Shown one piece after another: positions 50,410-59,681 of a stretch of 64,000 bases of DNA. The first letter of the stretch is position 1. The number at the start of each line of letters is the position of its first letter. The notes beneath the pieces are model-generated. The model was not told the DNA's origin. It ran no database searches and saw nothing but the letters and a program-made list of their open reading frames with translations. This DNA is from an uncultured Cytophagales bacterium (GTDB lineage Bacteria; Bacteroidota; Bacteroidia; Cytophagales; Bernardetiaceae): contig CAVXHP010000006.1 of NCBI GenBank assembly GCA_963761725.1, positions 317,534 to 381,533 on the forward strand, in the 5' to 3' direction. A program made the position numbers and the translations under genes.

Positions 50410-50572
50410 ATAGATTCTTTTTAAAAGTGTATTGTAAAATTAACGTAGAAATTAGGTTTTAAGTTTGAATAATTTATTATTTGAAGAAGGTTTTTTTGTG
50501 AGTAATCAAACCTTTCTGTATAGGTTGCACGTTATTGAAGTAAGAATTTAATAAAATCTAAAATAGAATAGT

Positions 50573-50779
50573 ATGAACAATTCAGATATAAAACTCAATT
50601 TATTTTGTCGTATAGATATGCTTTCTGATGATGTATTACAAGACCTTCAAAAAGTAGTAGATAATTTTATTGCTAAAAAAAGTGTTTCGCCACCTCTAAA
50701 AGAACGAGAATTTGGAGCAATGAAAGGACTTGTAACTTATATGTCAGATGATTTTGATGAGCCTTTAGAAGATTTTTAG
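50573..50779 (+). CDS. DUF2281-like antitoxin, C-terminally truncated
   Basis: REFGAMKGLVTYMSDDFDEPLEDF matches the DUF2281 C-terminal signature but stops early. Confidence 0.45.
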   Translation: MNNSDIKLNLFCRIDMLSDDVLQDLQKVVDNFIAKKSVSPPLKEREFGAMKGLVTYMSDDFDEPLEDF

Positions 50780-50780
50780 A

Positions 50781-50871
50781 CGAACTCATAGGCGTACAAA
50801 AAGCTCAAATTTCGAAGCTAGAAAATAACGTAACAGATGCACGTTTCGAAACTATCTTGAAAGTTTTTTAG
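50781..50871 (+). pseudogene. remnant of an XRE-family HTH regulator (C-terminal fragment only)
   Basis: Open frame DELIGVQKAQISKLENNVTDARFETILKVF with no start codon or N-terminal half. Confidence 0.3.
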
Positions 50872-51002
50872 AGCCTTACAAGTGAAGGTAAATTTCAAAG
50901 AGAGCTTTAGGCTTTAGCCTTATTGTGACAGTTGAAAATACTTAAACTGACAGCATTGAGATAAGATTACGAAAAGAATTAAATCTGAAAATCTACTTTG
51001 CC

Positions 51003-52178
51003 CTATTTAGCTAATACAGGTGCATAAATTTCATTTACCTTCTCTACAACATAATCAATTTCTTCAATCGTATTGTACTTACTAAACGAAAAACGAACAG
51101 AAGGACGAGAAGGGTCATTTTTGAGAGCTGTCAAGACGTGCGAACCAATTTCTGAACCACTAGAACAAGCACTTCCACCCGAAGCAGAAATCCCTTGAAT
51201 ATCCAAATTAAATAATAGCATATCGCCCATATCAGATTTTGGAAACTGAACGCTCAATACTTTTGGAAGTCCTGTTTCAAGGTTTCCAGATTCTCCATTA
51301 AAATTAATATCTTCTCCAAAATTAGCTCTTAATTTATCTATCATTCTGCTTTTTAGAGAAAGGATATGTTTTGTATGAGCTTCTCTTTCTGCAAATGAAA
51401 TTTCTAAAGCCTTTGCAAGTCCGACTATTCCAGCTACATTCTCTGTTCCACCACGCATATTTCGTTCTTGAGCTCCTCCTGTTTGGAACGGACAAAAACC
51501 AGCATCATGGCGAATATATAAAAACCCAATTCCCTTTGAGCCATGAAATTTGTGTGCCGAACCTACCAGATAATGAATAGGTAATTCTTGCAAATCCATT
51601 TCATAATATCCCATCGTCTGAACAGTATCGGAATGAAATAGTGCATTATATTTCTCACAAATTTCGCCTGTTTTTTTTAAGTCTAGGATTGTTCCTATTT
51701 CATTATTTCCGTGCATAAGCGAAACTAAAGCACGCTCATTTTGATTAGAAAAATTGTTTAATAATTCCTCTAAATGATTCAAATCAACATTTCCTTTTTT
51801 ATCAATATTTACCATGCTTACTTTTATCTCTCCTTTTTTTTCTAATTCTTCAACCGTATGCAAAACAGCATGATGCTCCAAAGGCGAAGTAATGATATGT
51901 TTTAAATTGTGCGAACGAACAGCACAACGAAGAGCAGTATTATCGGCTTCTGTTCCCCCAGAAGTAAAAAATATTTCGGCTGGCGATGTATTCAAAAGAC
52001 TTGCAACTGTTTTGCGAGCTTTCTCAACAGCAGATTTCACAATACGTCCTGTACTATGTGTGGAAGAAGGGTTTCCAAAATGCTCTGTCAAGTAAGGCAT
52101 CATTTCATCTAAAACAGCCTTATCAAGTTGTGTAGTGGCTGCATTGTCTAAATAAATACGAGAAGAAGGAATGGACAT
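51003..52178 (-). CDS. cysteine desulfurase (class V aminotransferase, IscS/NifS-like)
   Basis: PLP lysine motif SAHKFHGSKGIGFLYI. Active-site Cys region SGGSACSSG. Confidence 0.85.
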   Translation of the reverse strand: MSIPSSRIYLDNAATTQLDKAVLDEMMPYLTEHFGNPSSTHSTGRIVKSAVEKARKTVASLLNTSPAEIFFTSGGTEADNTALRCAVRSHNLKHIITSPLEHHAVLHTVEELEKKGEIKVSMVNIDKKGNVDLNHLEELLNNFSNQNERALVSLMHGNNEIGTILDLKKTGEICEKYNALFHSDTVQTMGYYEMDLQELPIHYLVGSAHKFHGSKGIGFLYIRHDAGFCPFQTGGAQERNMRGGTENVAGIVGLAKALEISFAEREAHTKHILSLKSRMIDKLRANFGEDINFNGESGNLETGLPKVLSVQFPKSDMGDMLLFNLDIQGISASGGSACSSGSEIGSHVLTALKNDPSRPSVRFSFSKYNTIEEIDYVVEKVNEIYAPVLAK

Positions 52179-52285
52179 AGACTTATTAATATTTTGTGTA
52201 TTTCTTTTTTTTGCATAATGTATTGATTATTAACAGATTAAGCAATAATCAAAGTTTACAAAGGTACATAGATTTTATAGAAAAC

Positions 52286-52930
52286 TCAATTTTGTGGCTG
52301 ATTTTTTATAGTAGAAACTCTTTTTCTATTTTTCCAAAACAAAAACCCACTTAGTCCAATCAAAAAACAAGTTCCAAACCAAAAAGCAATGTTATAATTA
52401 TCTGTATAAATTCGGTAAGAGGCTGTAAAGACAAACAAAATTAATCCTGTCGCTTGCCAAATTATATCATTTTCTAATCGGTTTGGATTTTCTAAAATTA
52501 AAGGTTGATTAAAAAATATTCTAAGACTATTCCAATCCCAAAGAAGAAGCATCGTATTTGCCAAAAGCATCAGACCTGTAATAATAAAAGTGAACCCAAA
52601 ATTATAAGAAATCGTAATCATAAAAACATTAAGAATTATAGGATAAAAAGCTACTGCACCGAGTTTTGAATAGCGTTGAGTCATCAAGAAAAAACCTGCT
52701 ACAAGCTGCCCAACACCCAAAAATTGCCAATACAAACCCGATTGATAAAGCGTTTCGAAAAGATGTAATGAATCAGTAATAGGAGCATTTGTACCATCTG
52801 TAGAAGTAAAACGAAATCCTTTTATTTTTATCAAACTAGCAAAAATAAAAGCTCCTCCTATCAAATACCGAGTATAAATGATGAAGATTTGTAGCCATTT
52901 TATTTCTTTGATTTTTTGAAGTAAATTCAT
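52286..52930 (-). CDS. hypothetical polytopic membrane protein
   Basis: 214 aa with 5-6 TM segments. Confidence 0.4.
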   Translation of the reverse strand: MNLLQKIKEIKWLQIFIIYTRYLIGGAFIFASLIKIKGFRFTSTDGTNAPITDSLHLFETLYQSGLYWQFLGVGQLVAGFFLMTQRYSKLGAVAFYPIILNVFMITISYNFGFTFIITGLMLLANTMLLLWDWNSLRIFFNQPLILENPNRLENDIIWQATGLILFVFTASYRIYTDNYNIAFWFGTCFLIGLSGFLFWKNRKRVSTIKNQPQN

Positions 52931-53079
52931 TTTTTATGAAATTTTGTTTGAAAGAGTAATTAAGTGTAATTTATCTGAAAGTAAATTAAAATACCATTTT
53001 GATAAACAACATTAACTGATAAAGTAGAGTTAAAGTGAAAGCTAAAATAAATTACTCAAAAAATATACATTATTACATA

Positions 53080-53517
53080 ATGACAAAATTCATTTTTACA
53101 TTCGTCTTTACTCTTCTTACTACTTTTACTTTTGCTCAAAAAGACAAAAAAAATGTAGAAGAAACCTATCAACTCTCTAGTCATATCTTAGATGTATCGA
53201 AGGGAATGCCTGCTGGTGGCGTAACTATCAAGTTAGAAATCTTAAATAAAGAAACAAAGATATGGTCTTTTGTAGAAGAAAAAATAACTGATACTAATGG
53301 TAGAATTACAGACTTCTTAAAATTAAATACTGAGTCAAAAAATTCTAATAGTGGCATTTATAGACTTACCTACCATGTAAAAGAATATTTTGAGAAAGAC
53401 AAAATTGAAAGTTTTTATCCGTTTATTGAAGTCGTTTTTGAGATAAAAGACGATGCTCATTATCACGTTCCGATAACGCTTTCTGCCTTTGGATATTCTA
53501 CCTATAGAGGAAACTAA
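53080..53517 (+). CDS. 5-hydroxyisourate hydrolase / transthyretin-family protein with N-terminal signal
   Basis: HILDVSKGMPAGGVTIKLE and C-terminal YHVPITLSAFGYSTYRGN (the YRG[SN] end). The track start at 53035 is less likely than ATG 53080. Confidence 0.7.
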   Translation: MTKFIFTFVFTLLTTFTFAQKDKKNVEETYQLSSHILDVSKGMPAGGVTIKLEILNKETKIWSFVEEKITDTNGRITDFLKLNTESKNSNSGIYRLTYHVKEYFEKDKIESFYPFIEVVFEIKDDAHYHVPITLSAFGYSTYRGN

Positions 53518-53787
53518 AAACAAAGAGAGTTTAGATATGTTCTTATAAACTGAACAAAATCTAAACTCTTTTTTACAGACACTATCTAAATACGTAAAGG
53601 TATCAACTTACATACAAAATATTATTTTACTGAAAAGGATAGATTCAACTCCCTCATTACTAGCTTATTTATTGTTTTTCTTATATTCATTAATTTTTAG
53701 TAACTTTGGTTAGGCAGTCTTTAAAGTTGTCATATAAATTGTAGTACACAATTAATTTCTCTATTATATTCCCCTTTAACTAATAGA

Positions 53788-55077
53788 ATGGAAAATGCAA
53801 TTCGTGTTTTTTTAAAAAATGAACATCTTCAACGCAGCAGGAACCTTACCTACCTAATCTATTTGTTGTTTGTGTCTACGACTTTAAGTTACATTCCTGA
53901 TATTTATTTTGGACTGTGGGAAAGTGCATATTCTTGGTTTTTGATAGTGTTTTATTTGGGTGGTATTCTTATTTTAAAGAGATATGTAAGTCCAGATTGG
54001 GCTGCTCATTGGTTTTTATTGGGTTTTAATTTATTAATTTTCTATTTCTCAAGTGCAGTAGGAAGAAACAGCAATTTGCATTTTCTGTTTTTCGTCATTA
54101 TTCTCTTAATCCCCTCTGTTCTAGATGTTCGTTCGAAGCGTCGTGTTATTCTTCATACTATTCTTCCCTTATTTCTTTCATTAGTTCTTGTTCTTACTGA
54201 TTTTGACATTTTTCCTCGTGTTCCAAGAATAAACTCTTATTACGAAAATCTATTTGGAAAAGTAAATATGCTGCTTTTGTTTATTATTCTACCTGTTGTG
54301 GCTTGGATTTTAGTAAAATCGTATCAAGATATTTTTAGTCAATTGGTGCGATCAGAAAAAATTCTCTACGATAAAAATATCGAACTCTCAAAGACGAATA
54401 AAGAATTGGATAATTTCGTTTATAGTGTCAGTCATGATTTGCGTGCTCCTATTTCGTCTGTTTTGGGATTGATAAATATTTCTAAATTAGAAACTGATAA
54501 AAATCAACTTCTTTATTATGAAACCTTGAAAGAAAAGAGCCTCTTAAAATTGGATTCCTTCATAAAAGATATTTTGGATTATTCTCGCAATTCTCGTGTA
54601 GAAATACTACCTCATAAAATAGAATGGCAAAACTATTTATTACAATTAATTCAAGAATTTGAATATTTACCAGAAGCAGAAAATGTTGATATATATGTAG
54701 TTGTTGAACAAAACGAAGATTTTTATACTGATTTGTACAGAGTAACAATTATTTTTAATAATCTTATTTCAAATGCTTTTCGTTATTCAGACATCTACAA
54801 AGAAAAACGTTTTTTGAAAATAAGTGGAGAAGTTTATAAGGAAAAAGTCTGTATTGTCATTGAAGATAATGGAATTGGAATAGATGAAGAACATCAACAA
54901 AAGATATTTGATATGTTTTATAGAGCTAGTGAAAATAGTAAAGGATCAGGATTAGGGCTTTATATCTTGAAAGAAACACTAGAAAAAATAAATGGTACAA
55001 TAAGAGTAGAATCAGAATTTGGAAAAGGAACTTCATTTCACGTAGAAATCCCTAATCTAGTTTACACTTTAGCATAA
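53788..55077 (+). CDS. membrane sensor histidine kinase
   Basis: Multi-TM N-terminus. H-box SHDLRAPISS, N-box NLISNAFRYS, G boxes DNGIGI and GSGLGLYI. Confidence 0.8.
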   Translation: MENAIRVFLKNEHLQRSRNLTYLIYLLFVSTTLSYIPDIYFGLWESAYSWFLIVFYLGGILILKRYVSPDWAAHWFLLGFNLLIFYFSSAVGRNSNLHFLFFVIILLIPSVLDVRSKRRVILHTILPLFLSLVLVLTDFDIFPRVPRINSYYENLFGKVNMLLLFIILPVVAWILVKSYQDIFSQLVRSEKILYDKNIELSKTNKELDNFVYSVSHDLRAPISSVLGLINISKLETDKNQLLYYETLKEKSLLKLDSFIKDILDYSRNSRVEILPHKIEWQNYLLQLIQEFEYLPEAENVDIYVVVEQNEDFYTDLYRVTIIFNNLISNAFRYSDIYKEKRFLKISGEVYKEKVCIVIEDNGIGIDEEHQQKIFDMFYRASENSKGSGLGLYILKETLEKINGTIRVESEFGKGTSFHVEIPNLVYTLA

Positions 55078-55189
55078 GAAAAAGCACCACAGAATTATAA
55101 ATTATTAAATAATTTATTGACTTTTGTAAAATAAAACTATTTACGACACGACAATTTGGAAACTGTCGGCTACACAAAAGACCTTATAC

Positions 55190-56713
55190 ATGAACATTAC
55201 CAAAATCACAAAAGTATTAATTGCCAATCGTGGCGAAATTACGCTTCGAATCATTCGTTCTTGCAAAGAAATGGGTATTAAAACTGTTGCTGTTTTTAGT
55301 GAAGCAGACCGCCAAGCTCCTCATGTTCGTGCTGCTGATGAAGCCATTTGTGTGGGTGCGCCTCCTTCTTCTGAATCGTATCTTCGTGGCGATAGAATTA
55401 TTGAAGCTGCCAAAACTACAGGCGCACAAGCTATTCATCCTGGTTATGGATTTTTGTCGGAAAATGCAGATTTTGCACGAAAAGTAAAAGAAGCAGGACT
55501 TATTTTTATTGCACCTTCTCCAGAGGCGATTGAGGTAATGGGAAGTAAATTGGCTGCCAAAAATGCTGTTTTAGAGTATGGTATTCCAATGGTTCCAGGG
55601 ATTAATCATGCTGTTGAAGATATTGCAGAAGCAAAAAAAGAAGCTGCACAGATTGGTTATCCAATTTTGGTAAAAGCAAGTGCTGGAGGTGGTGGAAAAG
55701 GAATGCGTGTTGTGGAAAAAGAATCAGAATTTGAAGAGCAAATGAAACGTGCTGTGAGTGAAGCTGTATCTGCTTTTGGAGATGGTGCTGTGTTTATTGA
55801 AAAATATATTGGTTCGCCTCGTCATATTGAAATTCAGATTTTAGGAGATATGCATGGAAATATTTTATATCTTTTTGAAAGAGAATGTTCGATTCAGCGT
55901 CGCCATCAAAAGGTAGTTGAGGAAGCTCCTTCGGCTGTCGTAGATGAAAAAATGCGTAAGGCAATGGGAGAAGCCGCTGTAAATGTGGCTAGAGCATGTA
56001 ATTATTACGGTGCAGGAACGGTAGAATTTATTGTAGATGAAAACTTGAATTTTTATTTCTTAGAAATGAATACTCGTTTGCAGGTAGAACATCCAATTAC
56101 AGAGCAAATTACAGGAATTGATTTGGTAAAAGAACAAATAAAGATTGCAGAAGGAAGAGAACTTTCGTTCAAACAAGAAGACTTAAAAATCAATGGTCAT
56201 GCAATAGAAGTGCGTGTGTATGCAGAAGACCCAGCCAATGATTTCTTGCCAAATATTGGAAAAGTAGTAGAATACACTACGCCAAAAAGTATAGGGGTTC
56301 GTGTAGATGATGGTTTTGAGCAAGGTATGGAAGTGCCTATTTTTTACGATTCTATGATTGCGAAACTCATTACTTTTGGAGCAAATAGAGAGGAAGCAAT
56401 GGACAGAATGATACGAGCAATAGATGAATATAAAATTACGGGTATTCAGACGACACTACCTTTTTGTAAATTTGTGATGCAGCACGAGGCATTTAGAAGT
56501 GGAAACTTTAGCACAAAATTCGTAGAGAATCATTTCAAACCTGAATACTTAATCGCAGAAACATCAAAAGAAGAAGAAGAAATTGCTGTGGCGATTGTGA
56601 GTATGCTTTTGGAAAATGGAAAGAGTAAAAATGTAGCCGTTGCTGATTCTTCTGAAAAAAATACTAACTCTGGTGGAATGAGTGATTGGAGAAAGAAGCG
56701 TCGTGTTTTTTAG
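55190..56713 (+). CDS. accC: biotin carboxylase (acetyl/acyl-CoA carboxylase subunit)
   Basis: ILIANRGEI N-terminus, GYPILVKASAGGGGKGMR and EMNTRLQVEHP. Has a ~50 aa C-terminal extension and no biotinyl domain. Confidence 0.85.
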   Translation: MNITKITKVLIANRGEITLRIIRSCKEMGIKTVAVFSEADRQAPHVRAADEAICVGAPPSSESYLRGDRIIEAAKTTGAQAIHPGYGFLSENADFARKVKEAGLIFIAPSPEAIEVMGSKLAAKNAVLEYGIPMVPGINHAVEDIAEAKKEAAQIGYPILVKASAGGGGKGMRVVEKESEFEEQMKRAVSEAVSAFGDGAVFIEKYIGSPRHIEIQILGDMHGNILYLFERECSIQRRHQKVVEEAPSAVVDEKMRKAMGEAAVNVARACNYYGAGTVEFIVDENLNFYFLEMNTRLQVEHPITEQITGIDLVKEQIKIAEGRELSFKQEDLKINGHAIEVRVYAEDPANDFLPNIGKVVEYTTPKSIGVRVDDGFEQGMEVPIFYDSMIAKLITFGANREEAMDRMIRAIDEYKITGIQTTLPFCKFVMQHEAFRSGNFSTKFVENHFKPEYLIAETSKEEEEIAVAIVSMLLENGKSKNVAVADSSEKNTNSGGMSDWRKKRRVF

Positions 56714-56819
56714 AATTAGTTGACGCTTGCTAAGGTCAGATTACTGACCATTATCAACGTCTTAAAAATAGAATTTTCTCTAAACTAGGTATTTTCATTT
56801 ATAATTCACAATTTCCTCC

Positions 56820-58125
56820 ATGCGTTTACATCGTAATTTAGTTTTGGCTGTTATCGAATCTCTTTCTCAAATTTTTAATCAAAAAAAACAGGCTGATAAA
56901 ATTGTAGCCATTACTCTAAAACAAGACAAACGCTGGGGCGCAAGAGATAGAAGTTTTGTAGCCGAAACCATTTACGAAATTGTGCGATGGAAACGTTTGT
57001 ATGCAAAATTAGCAGGAATAGAAGAAGCCTATCAAAATGATACTTATTCTACTCAAAATCTATTTCAACTCTTTTCTATTTGGGCAATCTTAAATGAAAT
57101 TGAACTGCCAACTTGGGAGGAATTTGAAGTAATTAATGATGAAAAAATAAATGAGATAAAACAAAATTATACTCAGCTTCAAGAAATCCGAAAATTTAAA
57201 GAATCTATTCCCGATTGGTTAGATGATTTGGGAAAAACAGAGCTAGGAAATGAAACTTGGACGAAAGAAATAGCTGCACTCAATAATCAAGCTCCTGTTG
57301 TTTTGCGTGTAAATACCTTAAAGACAAGTATATCAAAACTTCAAAAGCAGCTTTCAGAACAAAATATCAGAACTGAAAAAATTACTGAAAAAGTTACTCA
57401 AAATAATACAGATTATCCAGAAGCACTTCAGTTAGTAGAACGAAAAAGTATTGTCAGAAATGCTTTGTACAAAGATGGCTTTTTCGAAATTCAAGATGCT
57501 TCTTCACAGCTTATTGCTCATTTTTTAGACTTAGAAAATGACGATAAAAATAATACTAAAAAAGGCTTACAAATCATTGATACCTGTGCAGGTGCAGGAG
57601 GAAAATCGCTTCACATTGCTTCTCTTTTGCAAAATAAAGGACAGATAACAGCAATGGATATTTATGAAAACAAACTCATTGAACTAAGAAAAAGAGCCAA
57701 CCGAGCAGACGTTCATAACATCAAAACGCATACTATAAAAAGAGAAGGACAGAGAATTAATTATAATCAATTTAGTCAGTTTCATAATTCGGCTGATAGA
57801 GTTTTGATAGATGCGCCTTGTAGTGGTTTGGGTGTTTTGAGTAGAAATCCTGATGCAAAATGGAAACTTAGTCTTGCCTTTTTGGAAGAAATAAAACAAA
57901 CTACAGCAAAACATTCTACAAGAATATTCTAAAATGACAAAAAAAGGAGGAAAATTAGTTTATGCAACGTGTTCTATTCTGCCTTCTGAAAATCAAAAGC
58001 AAGTAGAAATATTTTTGAATAGTGAAAATGGAAAGGCTTTTAAATTTATTGAAGACAAAAAAATTCTTTCTCATCAGACTGGGTATGATGGGTTTTATAT
58101 GGCTTTGTTGGAGAAAAATAAATAG
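56820..58125 (+). CDS. Sun/RsmB-family RNA m5C methyltransferase; frame interrupted at ~57898-57900
   Basis: IIDTCAGAGGKSLHIA, RVLIDAPCSGLGVLSRNPDAKWK and LVYATCSILPSEN. Removing one A in aaacaaacta restores ...EEIKQLQQNILQEYSKMTKKGGKLVYATCS. Confidence 0.75.
58058..58125. repeat. 3' end of the rsmB-like gene that is duplicated at 59608-59675 (left copy of ~67 bp direct repeat)
   Basis: About 61/67 identical to the right copy. Confidence 0.8.
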
Positions 58126-58157
58126 TATTTGTTGTAACTTGATAAAAAAAACATCTA

Positions 58158-59600
58158 ATGAAAAAATCAATTATTTGGACTCTCTTTTTTATAATTTTAG
58201 CAGGAATTATTTCTTTAGTATTCATTTCAGATGAACCTATGGATGAATCAGAGAAATATATCAACATTGAAAAAAGGATTGGTAAAAATGAAATGGTAGC
58301 TGATATTGATAGTATTGTCTCGTTTTTTGAAAGTGTACACCCCAAACCGTATCGATTCCAAACCAAAGAACAACTTACCAATTTGTTAGCGTCTAAAAAA
58401 CAGACTTTACCTGATAGTTTAGAACTGATTAATTTTTGGCGTTTGGTAGATGAGCTATTGTGTAATTATGATGATGCACATTCTTATGCTAAAGATTTTT
58501 ATGTTTTGACAGATTATGTCCAAAAAGGAAAGCTCTTTTTTCCTTTGTCAGTCAAGATTCAAGATGACAAATTCTTCGTTTCTGAAACTGATTCTTCCTA
58601 TATCTCTCTAAAAAAAGGAACTCAAATAACAAATATAAACGGAGTTGAGGTAACAGAGTTAATTAATCAATTATCCAAACATTGTAGTAAAGAAACAAAG
58701 ACTTTGGACGTACTAGAAATCTCTGAAGATTTTGGGTTTTATCTTTGGAAAGCCTACGATTGGGATAAAGATTTTGAAGTTTTTTATCTACCAGATAGTA
58801 ATGCTACAAAGATTGATTCTATAAAAATTGAAGGTATCAAATGGGAAGATAGAAAGGTTATAACGAAGAATAATTCTTCTTTTTCTTTTGAGTTTTTGAA
58901 AAATAATCAAGGATACATGAAAATAACTGATTTTAATGGAGATAGAGATGAAATAAATGATTTTTATGAAAAATCATTTAATAAAATGAAAGAAAAACAA
59001 ACTCAAAACCTAATTCTTGATTTTAGAGGACATAGTGGAGGATCAGACCAATACGGAGAAGACTTAGCAAAATATATTGCTACCAAACCTTTCAAAAAGC
59101 TTTCAAAAGCCTATTGGAAAATCACACCAGAGTTTAAAAATGCCTTTGATAGAAAATTTGTTCCTAAAGGAATTCAATGGTTTGAGCCTATTTATTTAAT
59201 CAATGAGTATTCTGAAAATTTTTATGGTGCAAATACTTATGATTCTGTAATTGTCGAATATGAACTGAAAGAACCTCTACCAAAAGAAAAGCGTTTTTTA
59301 GGAAATGTTTATTTAATTACTGACCATAACACATTTTCGGCAGGTTCTATCTTTGCAGAAATGTTTAAATATTATAACTTGGGGACTGTTGTGGGGCAGC
59401 CTACTGGAAATTTATGCTCTTTTAGTGGCTTTGCTCTTTCAGAATATGTTTTACCAAATTCAAAACTGTCTTTTCAAGTTTCTTCGGTGTATAATTTATC
59501 CAACAATAAAGAAGAGGGTTTGAAGACTGTAGAACCAACTATTTTTGTACCGTATTCTGAAAACCCTATTGATTATATTTTGAATAATCTGATAGAGTAA
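58158..59600 (+). CDS. S41-family (C-terminal processing/tail-specific) peptidase-like protein with N-terminal TM anchor
   Basis: NLILDFRGHSGG resembles the S41 LIIDLRxNxGG core. Length 480 aa. Confidence 0.65.
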   Translation: MKKSIIWTLFFIILAGIISLVFISDEPMDESEKYINIEKRIGKNEMVADIDSIVSFFESVHPKPYRFQTKEQLTNLLASKKQTLPDSLELINFWRLVDELLCNYDDAHSYAKDFYVLTDYVQKGKLFFPLSVKIQDDKFFVSETDSSYISLKKGTQITNINGVEVTELINQLSKHCSKETKTLDVLEISEDFGFYLWKAYDWDKDFEVFYLPDSNATKIDSIKIEGIKWEDRKVITKNNSSFSFEFLKNNQGYMKITDFNGDRDEINDFYEKSFNKMKEKQTQNLILDFRGHSGGSDQYGEDLAKYIATKPFKKLSKAYWKITPEFKNAFDRKFVPKGIQWFEPIYLINEYSENFYGANTYDSVIVEYELKEPLPKEKRFLGNVYLITDHNTFSAGSIFAEMFKYYNLGTVVGQPTGNLCSFSGFALSEYVLPNSKLSFQVSSVYNLSNNKEEGLKTVEPTIFVPYSENPIDYILNNLIE

Positions 59601-59607
59601 ACTTCTA

Positions 59608-59675
59608 AAAATTCTCTCTCATCAAACAGGTTATGATGGATTTTATATGGCTTTGTTGGAGAAAGAATAAAGTAA
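59608..59675. repeat. right copy of the ~67 bp direct repeat derived from the rsmB-like 3' end
   Basis: aaaattctctctcatcaaacaggttatgatggattttatatggctttgttggagaaagaataaagtaa. Confidence 0.8.
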
Positions 59676-59681
59676 TAAAAA

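Noticed and set aside
58022-58234. ORF-track ORFs 58022..58234 (+) and 59633..59857 (+) sharing a GFIWLCWRK peptide.
   Set aside because: They are alternative-frame readings across the two copies of the duplicated rsmB 3' end. They are artefacts of the direct repeat and not genes.
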